A stretch of 64,000 nucleotides of DNA. It comes from Escherichia coli phage KS_S14. The stretch is from sequence record LC788706.1, one strand, 5' to 3'. Below, in pieces: positions 6,932-15,991 of the stretch (the stretch's first letter is position 1; every line of letters starts with the position of its first letter). A program made the position numbers and the translations under genes. The notes beneath the pieces are model-generated. The model ran no database searches, was not told the origin of the DNA, and worked only from the letters and a program-made list of their open reading frames with translations.

Positions 6932-7126
6932 ATGTTAACAATTAAAATAATGTCAGCCAAGAATGGTGAACATATCCATACGGGCAAAAGCGTAAGCTTT
7001 AATCCTAGAAATAAGAGATTGGCTATAGTTGGAGTAGATCAAGCCATCTTTTTAAAAGAAGATGAAGTAGCATACGTCATGAACCAAACTGGTAAGACAG
7101 TTTCCGTATACTATGGAAAAGTATAA
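6932..7126 (+). CDS. hypothetical protein
   Basis: 64 aa ORF with AGGAG RBS. Confidence 0.45.
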   Translation: MLTIKIMSAKNGEHIHTGKSVSFNPRNKRLAIVGVDQAIFLKEDEVAYVMNQTGKTVSVYYGKV

Positions 7127-7168
7127 AGAATAAAGAGCTGAGCCAAATTCTAACATCGGGGAGATCTA

Positions 7169-7537
7169 ATGAAAGCATATCAAAATCTTAAATCTGGCGT
7201 AATTAACCTTGTTCATGAAAATCAGATTATTCAGCTATATTCCGACAACGGTGAACTTAAACAGAAAGTTCTAGTTGAAGATCTAGAAGGTATCACACCA
7301 CAATTCGATCCTGAAGCCTTCCGTGAAGTTAAGGTGGAAGTCGCCCCTCAAATCGAAGGTGGTCAGCACCTAAATGTCAATGTGTTAAGCCGTGATCAGC
7401 TTTTGGATGCGCAGAAACATCCTGAAAAATACCCTCAATTAACTATCCGTGTTTCAGGGTACGCTGTGCGTTTTAACGCACTGACGCGTGAACAGCAGAA
7501 CGACGTTATTAGTCGTACATTTACTCAGGCGATGTAA
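7169..7537 (+). CDS. grcA: autonomous glycyl-radical cofactor (GrcA/YfiD-like) protein
   Basis: 122 aa; C-terminus [10 protein letters not shown]...[23 protein letters not shown] matches the glycyl-radical signature RVSGYAV of GrcA. Confidence 0.7.
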   Translation: MKAYQNLKSGVINLVHENQIIQLYSDNGELKQKVLVEDLEGITPQFDPEAFREVKVEVAPQIEGGQHLNVNVLSRDQLLDAQKHPEKYPQLTIRVSGYAVRFNALTREQQNDVISRTFTQAM

Positions 7538-7618
7538 TGGGGCTTGGATACGGTTTCTACGAACTACGTAAGGTAGTCGAGCAAACTCCATTTATCTCCC
7601 AAGTTTTAGGAGAAATGT

Positions 7619-7933
7619 GTGGATCGAGCATTAAGACGTCATCACCGGCAACGTGTAAAGAACAACCGCAAGAAGTATTGGACAGTCTTCCCACATGAAG
7701 AAAGCCCTAAACGGTTAGGTATTATCACTACTACTCCTTGTATCTGTTCTTGTTGGATGTGCGGGAATCCTCGCAAATACTTTAAGAATAGTAAAGCAGG
7801 GATGAAAACCTCGGAGATTAGGAAAATGGAAGCAATGATTACGGATATTTCAAATGATGAATTTGATGGCTTTGTAGGATTCGGAGAAGGAATTAGCTCA
7901 GGCTGTTTCGAAGATGTACGCCCCGATTTGTAA
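7619..7933 (+). CDS. hypothetical Cys-rich protein
   Basis: 104 aa ORF, probable GTG start; followed by terminator. Confidence 0.4.
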   Translation: MDRALRRHHRQRVKNNRKKYWTVFPHEESPKRLGIITTTPCICSCWMCGNPRKYFKNSKAGMKTSEIRKMEAMITDISNDEFDGFVGFGEGISSGCFEDVRPDL

Positions 7934-7944
7934 TTAATAACAAA

Positions 7945-7978
7945 CCCCAGCTATTGAATAGGTAGTCTGGGGTTTTTC
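7945..7978 (+). terminator. rho-independent terminator
   Basis: Stem ccccag...ctgggg followed by T5 run. Confidence 0.6.
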
Positions 7979-8054
7979 TGTATACAGGTAGATAATTTAT
8001 GTATAATAAAATTCATCCACATTAGGTTAATTTAAAAAACTTAATGGAGGTAAT

Positions 8055-8402
8055 ATGAGCCGTACTTATCGTAAACAATCTGGTGATCAGTGGTGGAAGT
8101 CTAAAGAACAATTCTCTCAAGAATATTCTTTCATCAAAGAAAATGGCTACTGGATTCGTGTTATTTATGCCAAATCTTGGGACGACATCAAAAAAGAAAT
8201 GAAGGAAGCAACCATTCGTAATGAGAAAAAGGATGGTTATAACTGGAATTCTGTTAGTAAGAATGTTAAGTGGCATTCTAATAAAATGGTTCGTCAAGGG
8301 AATCGTCAAGAACTCCACCGCGTGATGAAAGATCCAGAAAATTACGACTATAATCGCGATCATGACATGCGTAAGCGTGGATTATGGTGGTGCTACGACT
8401 AA
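8055..8402 (+). CDS. hypothetical protein
   Basis: 115 aa ORF with GGAGG RBS. Confidence 0.5.
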   Translation: MSRTYRKQSGDQWWKSKEQFSQEYSFIKENGYWIRVIYAKSWDDIKKEMKEATIRNEKKDGYNWNSVSKNVKWHSNKMVRQGNRQELHRVMKDPENYDYNRDHDMRKRGLWWCYD

Positions 8403-8419
8403 TTTCTGAAATAATTCAT

Positions 8420-8448
8420 TTGCTAAACCTCTCTTTTCTTGTTATAAT
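8420..8448 (+). promoter_or_regulatory. sigma70-type early promoter (TTGCTA-17-TATAAT)
   Basis: Consensus hexamers with downstream ATAAATTGATGGGAGAGG box. Confidence 0.6.
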
Positions 8449-8478
8449 ATATTTATAAATTGATGGGAGAGGTTTGAA

Positions 8479-8760
8479 ATGAAAACTCGTCTAGACTGTG
8501 CTATCCACGTTGTCGAGCATAGTGTTGTTGGAACCTGTATGTCTTACCATGAGGCAGGTCGCTTAATTAAAGAACGTGTGGCAGATGTATGTGGATTGAA
8601 GATTACTGCTGAGGAAGCTGATGATCTTTTAGGCCAAGCACTTGAGAAAACCGAAATATTCCTCTGTGATTCTTGTTCTTGGTGGTGTGAAGCTCACGAA
8701 CATTCCTTCAATGATTATGATGTATGCCGTGACTGTAATGAGGAAGATACTGATGAATAA
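8479..8760 (+). CDS. hypothetical acidic Cys-rich protein
   Basis: 93 aa ORF after promoter; CDSCSWWC...CRDC motifs. Confidence 0.5.
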   Translation: MKTRLDCAIHVVEHSVVGTCMSYHEAGRLIKERVADVCGLKITAEEADDLLGQALEKTEIFLCDSCSWWCEAHEHSFNDYDVCRDCNEEDTDE

Positions 8761-9052
8761 GTTTATTATTGCATTGATGGTTTCGGCAGTTAGTTTCGGT
8801 TCTCTAGCATCTACCAAAGTTTTTATGAAAAATGGCAATGTTAAAGTACAACAGAACGGCATTATTACCGAGTATGGTAAAGTTCGTGATGTTAAGGAAC
8901 GTAACGGCAAAGTAGAAATATATACTAATAAAAACTTCTCTACTCCGGCTGTTACTGTTAGCAAACGTGGTGGGATAACTACTCAACGTACTAATAGCTC
9001 TAGTTCTTTTACTTGTCGTTATGATTGCGACTTTGAAGGTGAAGATGAATAA
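8753..9052 (+). CDS. secreted or periplasmic protein with N-terminal signal peptide
   Basis: ATG overlapping upstream stop; N-terminus MNKFIIALMVSAVSFGSLAST is signal-peptide-like. Confidence 0.45.
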   Translation: MNKFIIALMVSAVSFGSLASTKVFMKNGNVKVQQNGIITEYGKVRDVKERNGKVEIYTNKNFSTPAVTVSKRGGITTQRTNSSSSFTCRYDCDFEGEDE

Positions 9053-9440
9053 TTTAGACCCTAGAATTAAATTTGCAATTACAGAAATCCAAGATCAAAT
9101 TGATGAGGACTTCACTGTTTGGTCAAGGTCTGGTAATGGAGAATATTGCCAGCTTTATAGCATGAAAATGGGTATCTCAATTGAGCTTAATATCAACTCT
9201 GAAGGTAGAGTAGAAGCCCAACCTATGTTTAGTATTCCAGGCTTCTCTGGATTTGTTGCAGGTATGAAATTGTGTCTACCAAATAACCATCTTCATCGAG
9301 TTATTTGTCAACTAGAGACTATTAAACACTTCTTACCAGAAGATAACATTAATGACCACTACCATGAAGTAGTAGCAGCTCATATGATGAAAGAATGCAA
9401 ACGTCGGAGAGAAGAACGTGAAAAAGCTAAACATCAATAG
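9045..9440 (+). CDS. hypothetical protein
   Basis: In-frame ATG with GAAGGTGAAG RBS inside ORF-track entry 9021..9440. Confidence 0.45.
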   Translation: MNNLDPRIKFAITEIQDQIDEDFTVWSRSGNGEYCQLYSMKMGISIELNINSEGRVEAQPMFSIPGFSGFVAGMKLCLPNNHLHRVICQLETIKHFLPEDNINDHYHEVVAAHMMKECKRRREEREKAKHQ

Positions 9441-9714
9441 CACAGTGCAGATTCCAGCAACTAAGGATATTTTAACATTCCTACGTAGTGAAAACACTCA
9501 GTTTTGGCACGACTATATTCAGGAAAATAAAAATAATCCAGATATAGTGGCTTTTGCCAAAACCCGTATTGGGGAATACAAAGATCCAGAAATTAAAGAT
9601 GGCATGATTACTATGCAGTTATGGATAGCTATGAAAACATTTGGACCTACTATGAGTTTAGGATTTGCCCCTCTGTTTACTGATATTCTAATTAAGGAAA
9701 AGGATCTGAAATGA
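9418..9714 (+). CDS. hypothetical protein
   Basis: 98 aa ORF, overlapping-start arrangement. Confidence 0.4.
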   Translation: MKKLNINSTVQIPATKDILTFLRSENTQFWHDYIQENKNNPDIVAFAKTRIGEYKDPEIKDGMITMQLWIAMKTFGPTMSLGFAPLFTDILIKEKDLK

Positions 9715-9995
9715 TTATCTCTCCATTTGCTCTTTGGTTCGTCATTGGGTCTATAGTTGCTATTTACAGCTTGATTGATGATCTGTATATCTCTAAGAAC
9801 AAAGATGTACTTTTATATGTTATACATAAAACACGTCCACTAGATCTAGCACCTCTTGACGATAAAACACTATTAAGATGTGGTATGTCTGTGCTATTTA
9901 TTATGGATATTCTGCTAGGACCAGCATCTGTGTTTTTCTTTTATAGAAAAACTCGTAATATGAAAAAATTTAAAGCTGAAATGCAGAATACCTAA
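9711..9995 (+). CDS. small membrane protein
   Basis: 94 aa; two hydrophobic segments. Confidence 0.45.
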   Translation: MIISPFALWFVIGSIVAIYSLIDDLYISKNKDVLLYVIHKTRPLDLAPLDDKTLLRCGMSVLFIMDILLGPASVFFFYRKTRNMKKFKAEMQNT

Positions 9996-10105
9996 AGAAC
10001 TCGCGTAGGACCGAGTTGCGTCACCTGCAACTGTTACGGATAAGGGGCACGACTCCCTTAGTGCGGTAAGTGGTGAGGTGGCTGCTAGCCCTAACTGGAG
10101 ATAAT

Positions 10106-10450
10106 ATGACTATATTACTAATTCTTGTTACAACTTGGTTTTTAATTGGTGCTGGGTATGCAGTAGCTGTACTTAGACATTTGGACGAATATTCTGCTGA
10201 ATGGTTCATCAAATACCTTCGTATCGACAACAAGGAACATGAATTTAAAGATGAAAAGCAGAAAAAGGCAGTAGAGAAAATGACAGCCAAAGAATGTTTA
10301 TTCTACATGCGTATTATAGGATTCTTTGGGTTATTAATTGCTGGCCCAATTGGTTCTACTATTGCTCCGTACAAAGAAACAGTTGCCGACATCAAATTAT
10401 GGAGAAATGCAGGGGTACTACGCAAAGCTAGAGAAACTAATATTACATAA
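10106..10450 (+). CDS. membrane protein
   Basis: ATG with GGAG RBS; hydrophobic helices. Confidence 0.45.
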   Translation: MTILLILVTTWFLIGAGYAVAVLRHLDEYSAEWFIKYLRIDNKEHEFKDEKQKKAVEKMTAKECLFYMRIIGFFGLLIAGPIGSTIAPYKETVADIKLWRNAGVLRKARETNIT

Positions 10451-10495
10451 GATTGACACTAAGTCAACTTACTAGCAAAAGCAAATAATGACAAA

Positions 10496-10529
10496 GCCCA
10501 GCCTGCACTTTTGCGACTGGGCTATTTTT
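10496..10529 (+). terminator. rho-independent terminator
   Basis: Stem gcccag...ctgggc followed by TATTTTT. Confidence 0.55.
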
Positions 10530-10544
10530 GTAATAAAATTTTAG

Positions 10545-10573
10545 TTGCATAGATGCCCAAACTTTTGTATAAT
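10545..10573 (+). promoter_or_regulatory. sigma70-type promoter (TTGCAT-17-TATAAT)
   Basis: Hexamers with 17-bp spacer upstream of ORF 10605. Confidence 0.5.
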
Positions 10574-10604
10574 ATACTCATAGATTGAGGCAATAGGATT
10601 AAAT

Positions 10605-11303
10605 ATGAGAATCATTTCTAAATTCGCAGATGTGTATGATTTGCAGAACAGTTTGTTTGATCCCGATCGTGTTTGGGAGCGTAAAACTGAAGAGTTACTA
10701 GTTAAGGTAACTGATGATGCAGAAAAGAACATTGTGCATACTCGCCAAGTATTTCGTGAGGGTTCACTATCTTTCCGTGGTGACTTCGAATACTTCGTAA
10801 ACCCACTGTTTATTGCAGGTGAAGTTTACTGGCTACACGAGCTGTACTGCTGGCACCCAGCATTTAGTTTCAAAACGTTCAACCTCGACACTATGTTCGA
10901 TAAAATGGAAGAGATGGGATTGCATGCTCGCTCCTACTTAATGGATAAGAGTCGTGGAGATGTTCGTGAAACAATGCGTGATTTGCTCGTTGAAGCAAAA
11001 CCTAAAGCAGAACGTATCTTGTCCGAACTGCGTGTACCGATTGCATATGTGAAAGGTATTAAGAAGAACGATAACGATGATGTTCGTAACTTCGTGATTC
11101 AGACTAACATTCGTTTCCATCAGTCAGGTATTCCGTGGCAGGAAATTGAAAGTAACTTATACCGTTTACACCAAGTTCTTGAACAGTATATCTTCGGTGT
11201 ACTGGGAACTGGTGAGCCTGATATGATTAAAGTATCAGATAAAGACAGGTTAGCAGCACATGGATTTGATACAAAAACTTCTTTCAGGAATATGGCAAGG
11301 TAA
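10605..11303 (+). CDS. hypothetical protein
   Basis: 232 aa ORF after promoter; no recognised motif. Confidence 0.55.
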   Translation: MRIISKFADVYDLQNSLFDPDRVWERKTEELLVKVTDDAEKNIVHTRQVFREGSLSFRGDFEYFVNPLFIAGEVYWLHELYCWHPAFSFKTFNLDTMFDKMEEMGLHARSYLMDKSRGDVRETMRDLLVEAKPKAERILSELRVPIAYVKGIKKNDNDDVRNFVIQTNIRFHQSGIPWQEIESNLYRLHQVLEQYIFGVLGTGEPDMIKVSDKDRLAAHGFDTKTSFRNMAR

Positions 11304-11709
11304 GTGGTATATCCTGGGAGCAGGTCTAGCGATAGGCATCGGATTCGGTGCTTATCACTTAGTTAATAAGGTTGAGACTCTAGCAGGTGATCTTGCAGTA
11401 GCTACTAAAAAGATCTCTTCTCTAGAAACCTCCCTTAATAATGTGAGGGCTGAGAGTGAACTTCGTGAGACTCGAATGAATCAGTATTTCACAATGAATA
11501 ATGTTTCGCAAGCAGATCTAGACAAGAAAATTAATCAGCTTGATAAAGCACTTAGTCGTCAAGATATTATAGCTGCAAAGCCTGGATTGGTTACATTAAT
11601 TGCTAAAAAGCAGAGTAAGGAGTTCGAGGAAAGATTAGCATGTTTAACTGGAAACTTGGAATACTGCTCGCAGCCGCAATCACAATCACAGGCTGTGCAC
11701 AAGAAATAA
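11260..11709 (+). CDS. i-spanin-like protein (N-terminal TM helix plus coiled coil)
   Basis: 149 aa; hydrophobic N-terminus then long helical region; 3' end overlaps lipoprotein gene. Confidence 0.4.
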   Translation: MDLIQKLLSGIWQGKWYILGAGLAIGIGFGAYHLVNKVETLAGDLAVATKKISSLETSLNNVRAESELRETRMNQYFTMNNVSQADLDKKINQLDKALSRQDIIAAKPGLVTLIAKKQSKEFEERLACLTGNLEYCSQPQSQSQAVHKK

Positions 11710-11993
11710 AGCCAGAACCTACCCATGAACTACCAACAGCTCATGTGGACTGGCCTAAAGAACTTCAACCTTGTAGCTTTGATTTCAAATTTGAAAAGAA
11801 ATTAGCTACAAACGGTGAAGATGACGTAGTAGTAGTCGTACCATATAAAGATTGGAATATGTTGGCAAAATGCCGCGAGGCAGAATATTCATATATCTCA
11901 CGACTGACAAGTATGGTTTGCTTCTACCGCCAAGATTTGCAAGAAAAACGTTGTTTAGTATATTATCCACCAATTAACAATAGGAAAGATTAA
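11640..11993 (+). CDS. lipoprotein (o-spanin-like), overlapped with upstream gene
   Basis: 117 aa; signal peptide with lipobox ITGC; starts 70 nt inside previous ORF in another frame. Confidence 0.45.
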   Translation: MFNWKLGILLAAAITITGCAQEIKPEPTHELPTAHVDWPKELQPCSFDFKFEKKLATNGEDDVVVVVPYKDWNMLAKCREAEYSYISRLTSMVCFYRQDLQEKRCLVYYPPINNRKD

Positions 11994-12745
11994 TGTCAGT
12001 ATTAGTCGGTTTACATGGCGGGGCAGGTGCAGGAAAAGATACCGTTGCAAAATTAATTATCGATTGGTGTAACGACACGTATCCAATGTATTTAGCCCGT
12101 CGTTATAGTTTTGCTAAGCCCGTTTATGAACTTGCATCCGTAATCCTCGGTGTAACTCCAGAGTTTCTAGGAGAGCGCAGGGGGAAAGAGATTGACCAAT
12201 GGTTTACGGTCACACAATCTCAATTGGAGCGAGCTAGAGACGTATGGTTTAAATACGGTATCGATAAGTTTGAAGACTTCTCGTACGTTTGGCCGATTTT
12301 TGAGGAAAAATATCTTAATCCTCAACAACTTATCTCAGAGAATAAAGAAGACGGACTTTATAGTTTATTTATTTCTCCAAGAAAAATGTTACAGCTCGTA
12401 GGGACAGAGCTAGGAAGGCAGCTGGTGCATGAACGCATTTGGCTCATAATTCTGGAGCAATCCATCGCTAAAGACGACCCAGATGTCGCCGTAATAACAG
12501 ATGTTAGATTCCCCAATGAAGGAGAGCTACTCAGAGAAACAAACCATTTAGATATGGATTCTTTGATAGTAAATGTAGTACCAGCTAAGCAGAAGTTCAC
12601 TATTAAATCAGATCATCCATCTGAAAGTGGTATTCCTGCAAAATATATTACTCACGAATTAGTTAATAAATTCGATGGTATCAATAACCTTAAACTAGAA
12701 GTTTATAACTTCTGTGACTTAGAGCTAGAACCACTAGTTGGATAA
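11993..12745 (+). CDS. P-loop kinase, probable deoxynucleoside monophosphate kinase
   Basis: 250 aa; Walker A GGAGAGKDT near N-terminus; size as recalled for T5 dNMP kinase. Confidence 0.5.
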   Translation: MSVLVGLHGGAGAGKDTVAKLIIDWCNDTYPMYLARRYSFAKPVYELASVILGVTPEFLGERRGKEIDQWFTVTQSQLERARDVWFKYGIDKFEDFSYVWPIFEEKYLNPQQLISENKEDGLYSLFISPRKMLQLVGTELGRQLVHERIWLIILEQSIAKDDPDVAVITDVRFPNEGELLRETNHLDMDSLIVNVVPAKQKFTIKSDHPSESGIPAKYITHELVNKFDGINNLKLEVYNFCDLELEPLVG

Positions 12746-12757
12746 TCAAGGATCGCT

Positions 12758-13357
12758 ATGACTAATAAAAAAGAAGAAAAGACTAACCTGTTTCACTCCA
12801 TTCGCCAATCTAATGAGTATACCTTTTTCTTTGATGAAGAACTCGGTCCGCCGGATGAATACCGTGATTTATCAATGGTACTTATGCAAGCAAATGAGGA
12901 CGACGAAATTAATCTGATGATTAATGGTCCAGGTGGTTATGTTGATACTGCTGCACAGTTATCTAACTTAATTGCTAATTGCCGTGGAACAGTTATAGGA
13001 CATCTGGTTGGTCCTAGTGCTTCTGCTTACTGCACAATTTTCCTATCCTGTCATGGATGGGTAGTACATCCACATGCTACGCTAATGGGACACACGTTCT
13101 CTGGCGGATTCTGTGAGAAAGGTCAAGAAATCAAGAAAGCCTATGAATCTTACAACAAGTTCGTAGAAGATATGATGCTAGATGTCTACTATCCGTTCTT
13201 CTCAATAGATGAAATAGACGAGATGGTAAAAGACAACAAAAATATCTATCTAGATAGCAAGGAAATTCATAAGCGTATTGAAATCTTGGCGAAATATAGA
13301 TCTGAGCAATATAATAAAATGCAGTTAACTCAATCTGAGAAGCACAACGAAGAGTAA
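12758..13357 (+). CDS. ClpP-like serine protease (S14 family)
   Basis: 199 aa; INGPGG, GPSASAY and GHTFSGG motifs resemble ClpP. Confidence 0.55.
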   Translation: MTNKKEEKTNLFHSIRQSNEYTFFFDEELGPPDEYRDLSMVLMQANEDDEINLMINGPGGYVDTAAQLSNLIANCRGTVIGHLVGPSASAYCTIFLSCHGWVVHPHATLMGHTFSGGFCEKGQEIKKAYESYNKFVEDMMLDVYYPFFSIDEIDEMVKDNKNIYLDSKEIHKRIEILAKYRSEQYNKMQLTQSEKHNEE

Positions 13358-13367
13358 GTAATTTTAA

Positions 13368-13397
13368 GCCAGGGTTAAGTACCCTGGCTTTTCTTTT
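13368..13397 (+). terminator. rho-independent terminator
   Basis: Stem agccaggg...ccctggct followed by T-rich run. Confidence 0.6.
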
Positions 13398-13459
13398 ATC
13401 TAAAATTCTTCTTGACAACGACATAATTTTATGCTCCAAGTGTAACATTTAAAAACCCA

Positions 13460-13488
13460 TTGAAATTTTCCTCCAAAATTAGTATAAT
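13460..13488 (+). promoter_or_regulatory. sigma70-type promoter (TTGAAA-17-TATAAT)
   Basis: Hexamers with 17-bp spacer; GAGGAGG RBS follows. Confidence 0.5.
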
Positions 13489-13513
13489 GGTACTGGTTAG
13501 AGGAGGTTACAAA

Positions 13514-14170
13514 TTGGAAAAGTTCTTACAATTATTAACAGTACTGCTCCAAGAAGCGAAAGACCCAGCATCGCTTCTTAAACGTCTGCTAACTATCTTA
13601 GTTGCTGTCATTATTTTCTTATTTGTTAGTAATACTAGTGAAGTAATGTCATTCTTAAAGACTTTTTCCACGTCTGCAGTTTTACAGGATTTACAAACCC
13701 AGAGGATAGATAACTTCCCTAATGTGGCGAGGGAAAAGAGCATGGTTCTCTTCTCTCAGACGGGTGCAGATGCTGTTTTTGTAGTCAAGTATAAACCAGA
13801 TGCTATCAATGATTATTCCAATATTATTGCATGGGAAAGTAATGCGCAATTAGATAGGGCTGACTTGGCCGATAAAGCGGTAAATAAAACGTCTGAATTA
13901 TACAGACGTCATTTAGAGGGCTTTAACTACGCATCGGATTTAAGTGTAAGAGTAAATAAATATATGGGGTTAAATATACCTGCGTTTAAAAACGTTACTT
14001 TTAATTACATATACACTTGTCCATACTTCAATCTAAAAAATATCTATGCTGGGTACATTGGTATTGCTTGGAAAGATAATCCGGTAGATACAGCTGATTC
14101 TGAACAGTTCAAGGAATATTTAGCAAAGCTCTGTTCCCCACAACAGAGATCTTTAGGTAGGTCAATATGA
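13514..14170 (+). CDS. holin candidate (membrane-anchored, 218 aa from TTG start)
   Basis: TTG 7 nt after GAGGAGG RBS; ORF-track ATG at 13460 lies upstream of the -10 so cannot be the start; TM helix; directly upstream of endolysin. Confidence 0.45.
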   Translation: MEKFLQLLTVLLQEAKDPASLLKRLLTILVAVIIFLFVSNTSEVMSFLKTFSTSAVLQDLQTQRIDNFPNVAREKSMVLFSQTGADAVFVVKYKPDAINDYSNIIAWESNAQLDRADLADKAVNKTSELYRRHLEGFNYASDLSVRVNKYMGLNIPAFKNVTFNYIYTCPYFNLKNIYAGYIGIAWKDNPVDTADSEQFKEYLAKLCSPQQRSLGRSI

Positions 14171-14580
14171 GTTTTAAATTTGGTAAAAATAGCGAAAAAC
14201 AATTAGCTACCGTTAAGCCCGAGCTACAAAAAGTAGCTCGTAGGGCTTTAGAATTATCTCCGTATGATTTCACAATCGTGCAAGGTATTCGTACAGTAGC
14301 ACAAAGTGCCCAGAACATTGCTAATGGTACTTCATTTCTAAAAGATCCTAGTAAAAGCAAACATATTACTGGGGATGCTATTGATTTTGCTCCATATATT
14401 AATGGCAAAATTGATTGGAATGACTTAGAAGCATTTTGGGCAGTTAAAAAGGCTTTTGAACAAGCTGGTAAAGAACTAGGCATTAAACTTCGTTTTGGTG
14501 CTGATTGGAATGCTTCGGGAGACTATCACGATGAAATAAAACGTGGTACCTATGATGGCGGTCATGTAGAACTAGTTTAA
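14167..14580 (+). CDS. endolysin, L-alanyl-D-glutamate peptidase type
   Basis: 137 aa; length and position after holin as recalled for T5 endolysin; start overlaps holin stop. Confidence 0.55.
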   Translation: MSFKFGKNSEKQLATVKPELQKVARRALELSPYDFTIVQGIRTVAQSAQNIANGTSFLKDPSKSKHITGDAIDFAPYINGKIDWNDLEAFWAVKKAFEQAGKELGIKLRFGADWNASGDYHDEIKRGTYDGGHVELV

Positions 14581-14657
14581 TTAATAACTTAGGCGGGAAT
14601 ATTCCCGCCTTTTTAGGCAAAGGGGGCTTTAATAATTTTTGAAGATAGGAGAAAGCC

Positions 14658-15074
14658 ATGTTTGCAGAACTATTCACTATGATGCTGCTAGGTATCTGGA
14701 AAATAAGTCTAGTAGTATTCGTTTTAATGATAGTCTTTACTATCCTTGCATTAACTACCCGAAATAGCTTATTAATAAAGGTTATTCACGGACTAGAGTA
14801 TATAATTATGGGTTCATTCGGCGTTTGTAAATGCAATTGCCATAGAGATACGAAATATTGTTGGTTATGGATGGAACTAGAGAATCCTATATCCATAGCT
14901 TTAGCTGTTTCATTCGGTATGATTCTTATGGCCCTTACTCTAGCATTGATACCTTTGATGTTAGCTGGGGGAGTTACAGCGTATTTCATCCTTTTCTCCC
15001 CGATACTTATGTACTCAATTTACCCAATAACTATGTATCTAGTTAGGAAAAGATTTATACATGCAGTAGATTAA
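14658..15074 (+). CDS. multi-pass membrane protein
   Basis: 138 aa, several hydrophobic helices. Confidence 0.45.
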   Translation: MFAELFTMMLLGIWKISLVVFVLMIVFTILALTTRNSLLIKVIHGLEYIIMGSFGVCKCNCHRDTKYCWLWMELENPISIALAVSFGMILMALTLALIPLMLAGGVTAYFILFSPILMYSIYPITMYLVRKRFIHAVD

Positions 15075-15087
15075 GATAAAAAAGTAG

Positions 15088-15116
15088 TTGACTTTTAGCC
15101 CTAGTTATTATATAAT
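15088..15116 (+). promoter_or_regulatory. sigma70-type early promoter (TTGACT-17-TATAAT)
   Basis: Consensus hexamers; downstream ACATAAATTAG box. Confidence 0.55.
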
Positions 15117-15149
15117 ATATACATAAATTAGTTAAGAGAGGTATATATT

Positions 15150-15581
15150 ATGTCTGATCGTTTCTACACTCAAATGGCGGAACATTTTCGTATACCACAT
15201 TACGAGCTAAACATTGCACTCCGTGATCATGACTCTCCTGAGTACAAAAAGCTCGAAAAGAAAGCGGAAAAATCTATTGATACAAAGGTAGGTGCATCTA
15301 TGTCTAAGGGCAAAAAGTTAACTCGTCTTGATCTTAATAAAATTTTAACTGAACTTTTGGGTACGGATATTGAAGGTGCTAAATTACCACTTCTTGTACT
15401 AGAGACTATGATTAAAAAGGTCAAAAATAAAGAATATAAGAAGGTAGAAGTCCCGGAAGGCAGATTAAAGGCTCCTTATCAGGAAGCATTAACCGAGTGT
15501 TTGGGTGTAAATCTTGATCTGAGCACCGCAACCGTAAAAACTATGAAAAACTTCTTAGAGGCCATTAATAACTATGAGTAA
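15150..15581 (+). CDS. hypothetical protein
   Basis: 143 aa ORF after promoter. Confidence 0.5.
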   Translation: MSDRFYTQMAEHFRIPHYELNIALRDHDSPEYKKLEKKAEKSIDTKVGASMSKGKKLTRLDLNKILTELLGTDIEGAKLPLLVLETMIKKVKNKEYKKVEVPEGRLKAPYQEALTECLGVNLDLSTATVKTMKNFLEAINNYE

Positions 15582-15864
15582 ATTAGTATATCTATTGAAA
15601 GGTTCTACTTGTAACCCGTGTAAACTTTTCGAACCTGTGTTTGATAAAGTAGTCAATGACTATAATTTGGAAATCCATAAAGAGACTGATAATACAGAAT
15701 TAATGCAGAAATTTGGTGTACGCCAAGTTCCCGTAGTAGTTCTGGCGGATCGCTTACCTAATGGTCGAGTAGAAGCTAATCATATTTTGATTGGACGTCA
15801 GCTTCGTAAAGAAACTATGCACGAAGCTATTAAAAATTTCCTGGATGATAATCCAGAGGATTAA
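15574..15864 (+). CDS. thioredoxin/glutaredoxin-like protein
   Basis: 96 aa; CNPC redox motif near N-terminus. Confidence 0.5.
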   Translation: MSKLVYLLKGSTCNPCKLFEPVFDKVVNDYNLEIHKETDNTELMQKFGVRQVPVVVLADRLPNGRVEANHILIGRQLRKETMHEAIKNFLDDNPED

Positions 15865-15871
15865 TAAACCA

Positions 15872-15900
15872 AGCCTGATCTTAGCGGATCAGGCTTTTAT
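15872..15900 (+). terminator. rho-independent terminator
   Basis: Stem agcctgatc...gatcaggct followed by TTTTAT. Confidence 0.6.
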
Positions 15901-15904
15901 TTTA

Positions 15905-15934
15905 CTTGCTTTTTGCTAAAAATTTTGGTATAAT
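15905..15934 (+). promoter_or_regulatory. sigma70-type early promoter (TTGCTT-18-TATAAT)
   Basis: Hexamers plus ATAAATTGATGAGAAGG downstream box. Confidence 0.55.
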
Positions 15935-15991
15935 ACTTATATAAATTGATGAGAAGGCTATCTACGCACTACAAGAAATAGGAGTATTCCA

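Noticed and set aside
8022-8986. Minus-strand ORFs 8022..8363, 8629..8964, 8804..8986 and + ORF 8642..9052 N-terminal extension
   Set aside because: Antisense or out-of-frame overlaps of + strand genes with RBSs; the + ORF is trimmed to ATG 8753.
13460-13513. ATG at 13460 as holin start
   Set aside because: It lies upstream of the promoter -10 element; the TTG at 13514 after GAGGAGG is the plausible start.
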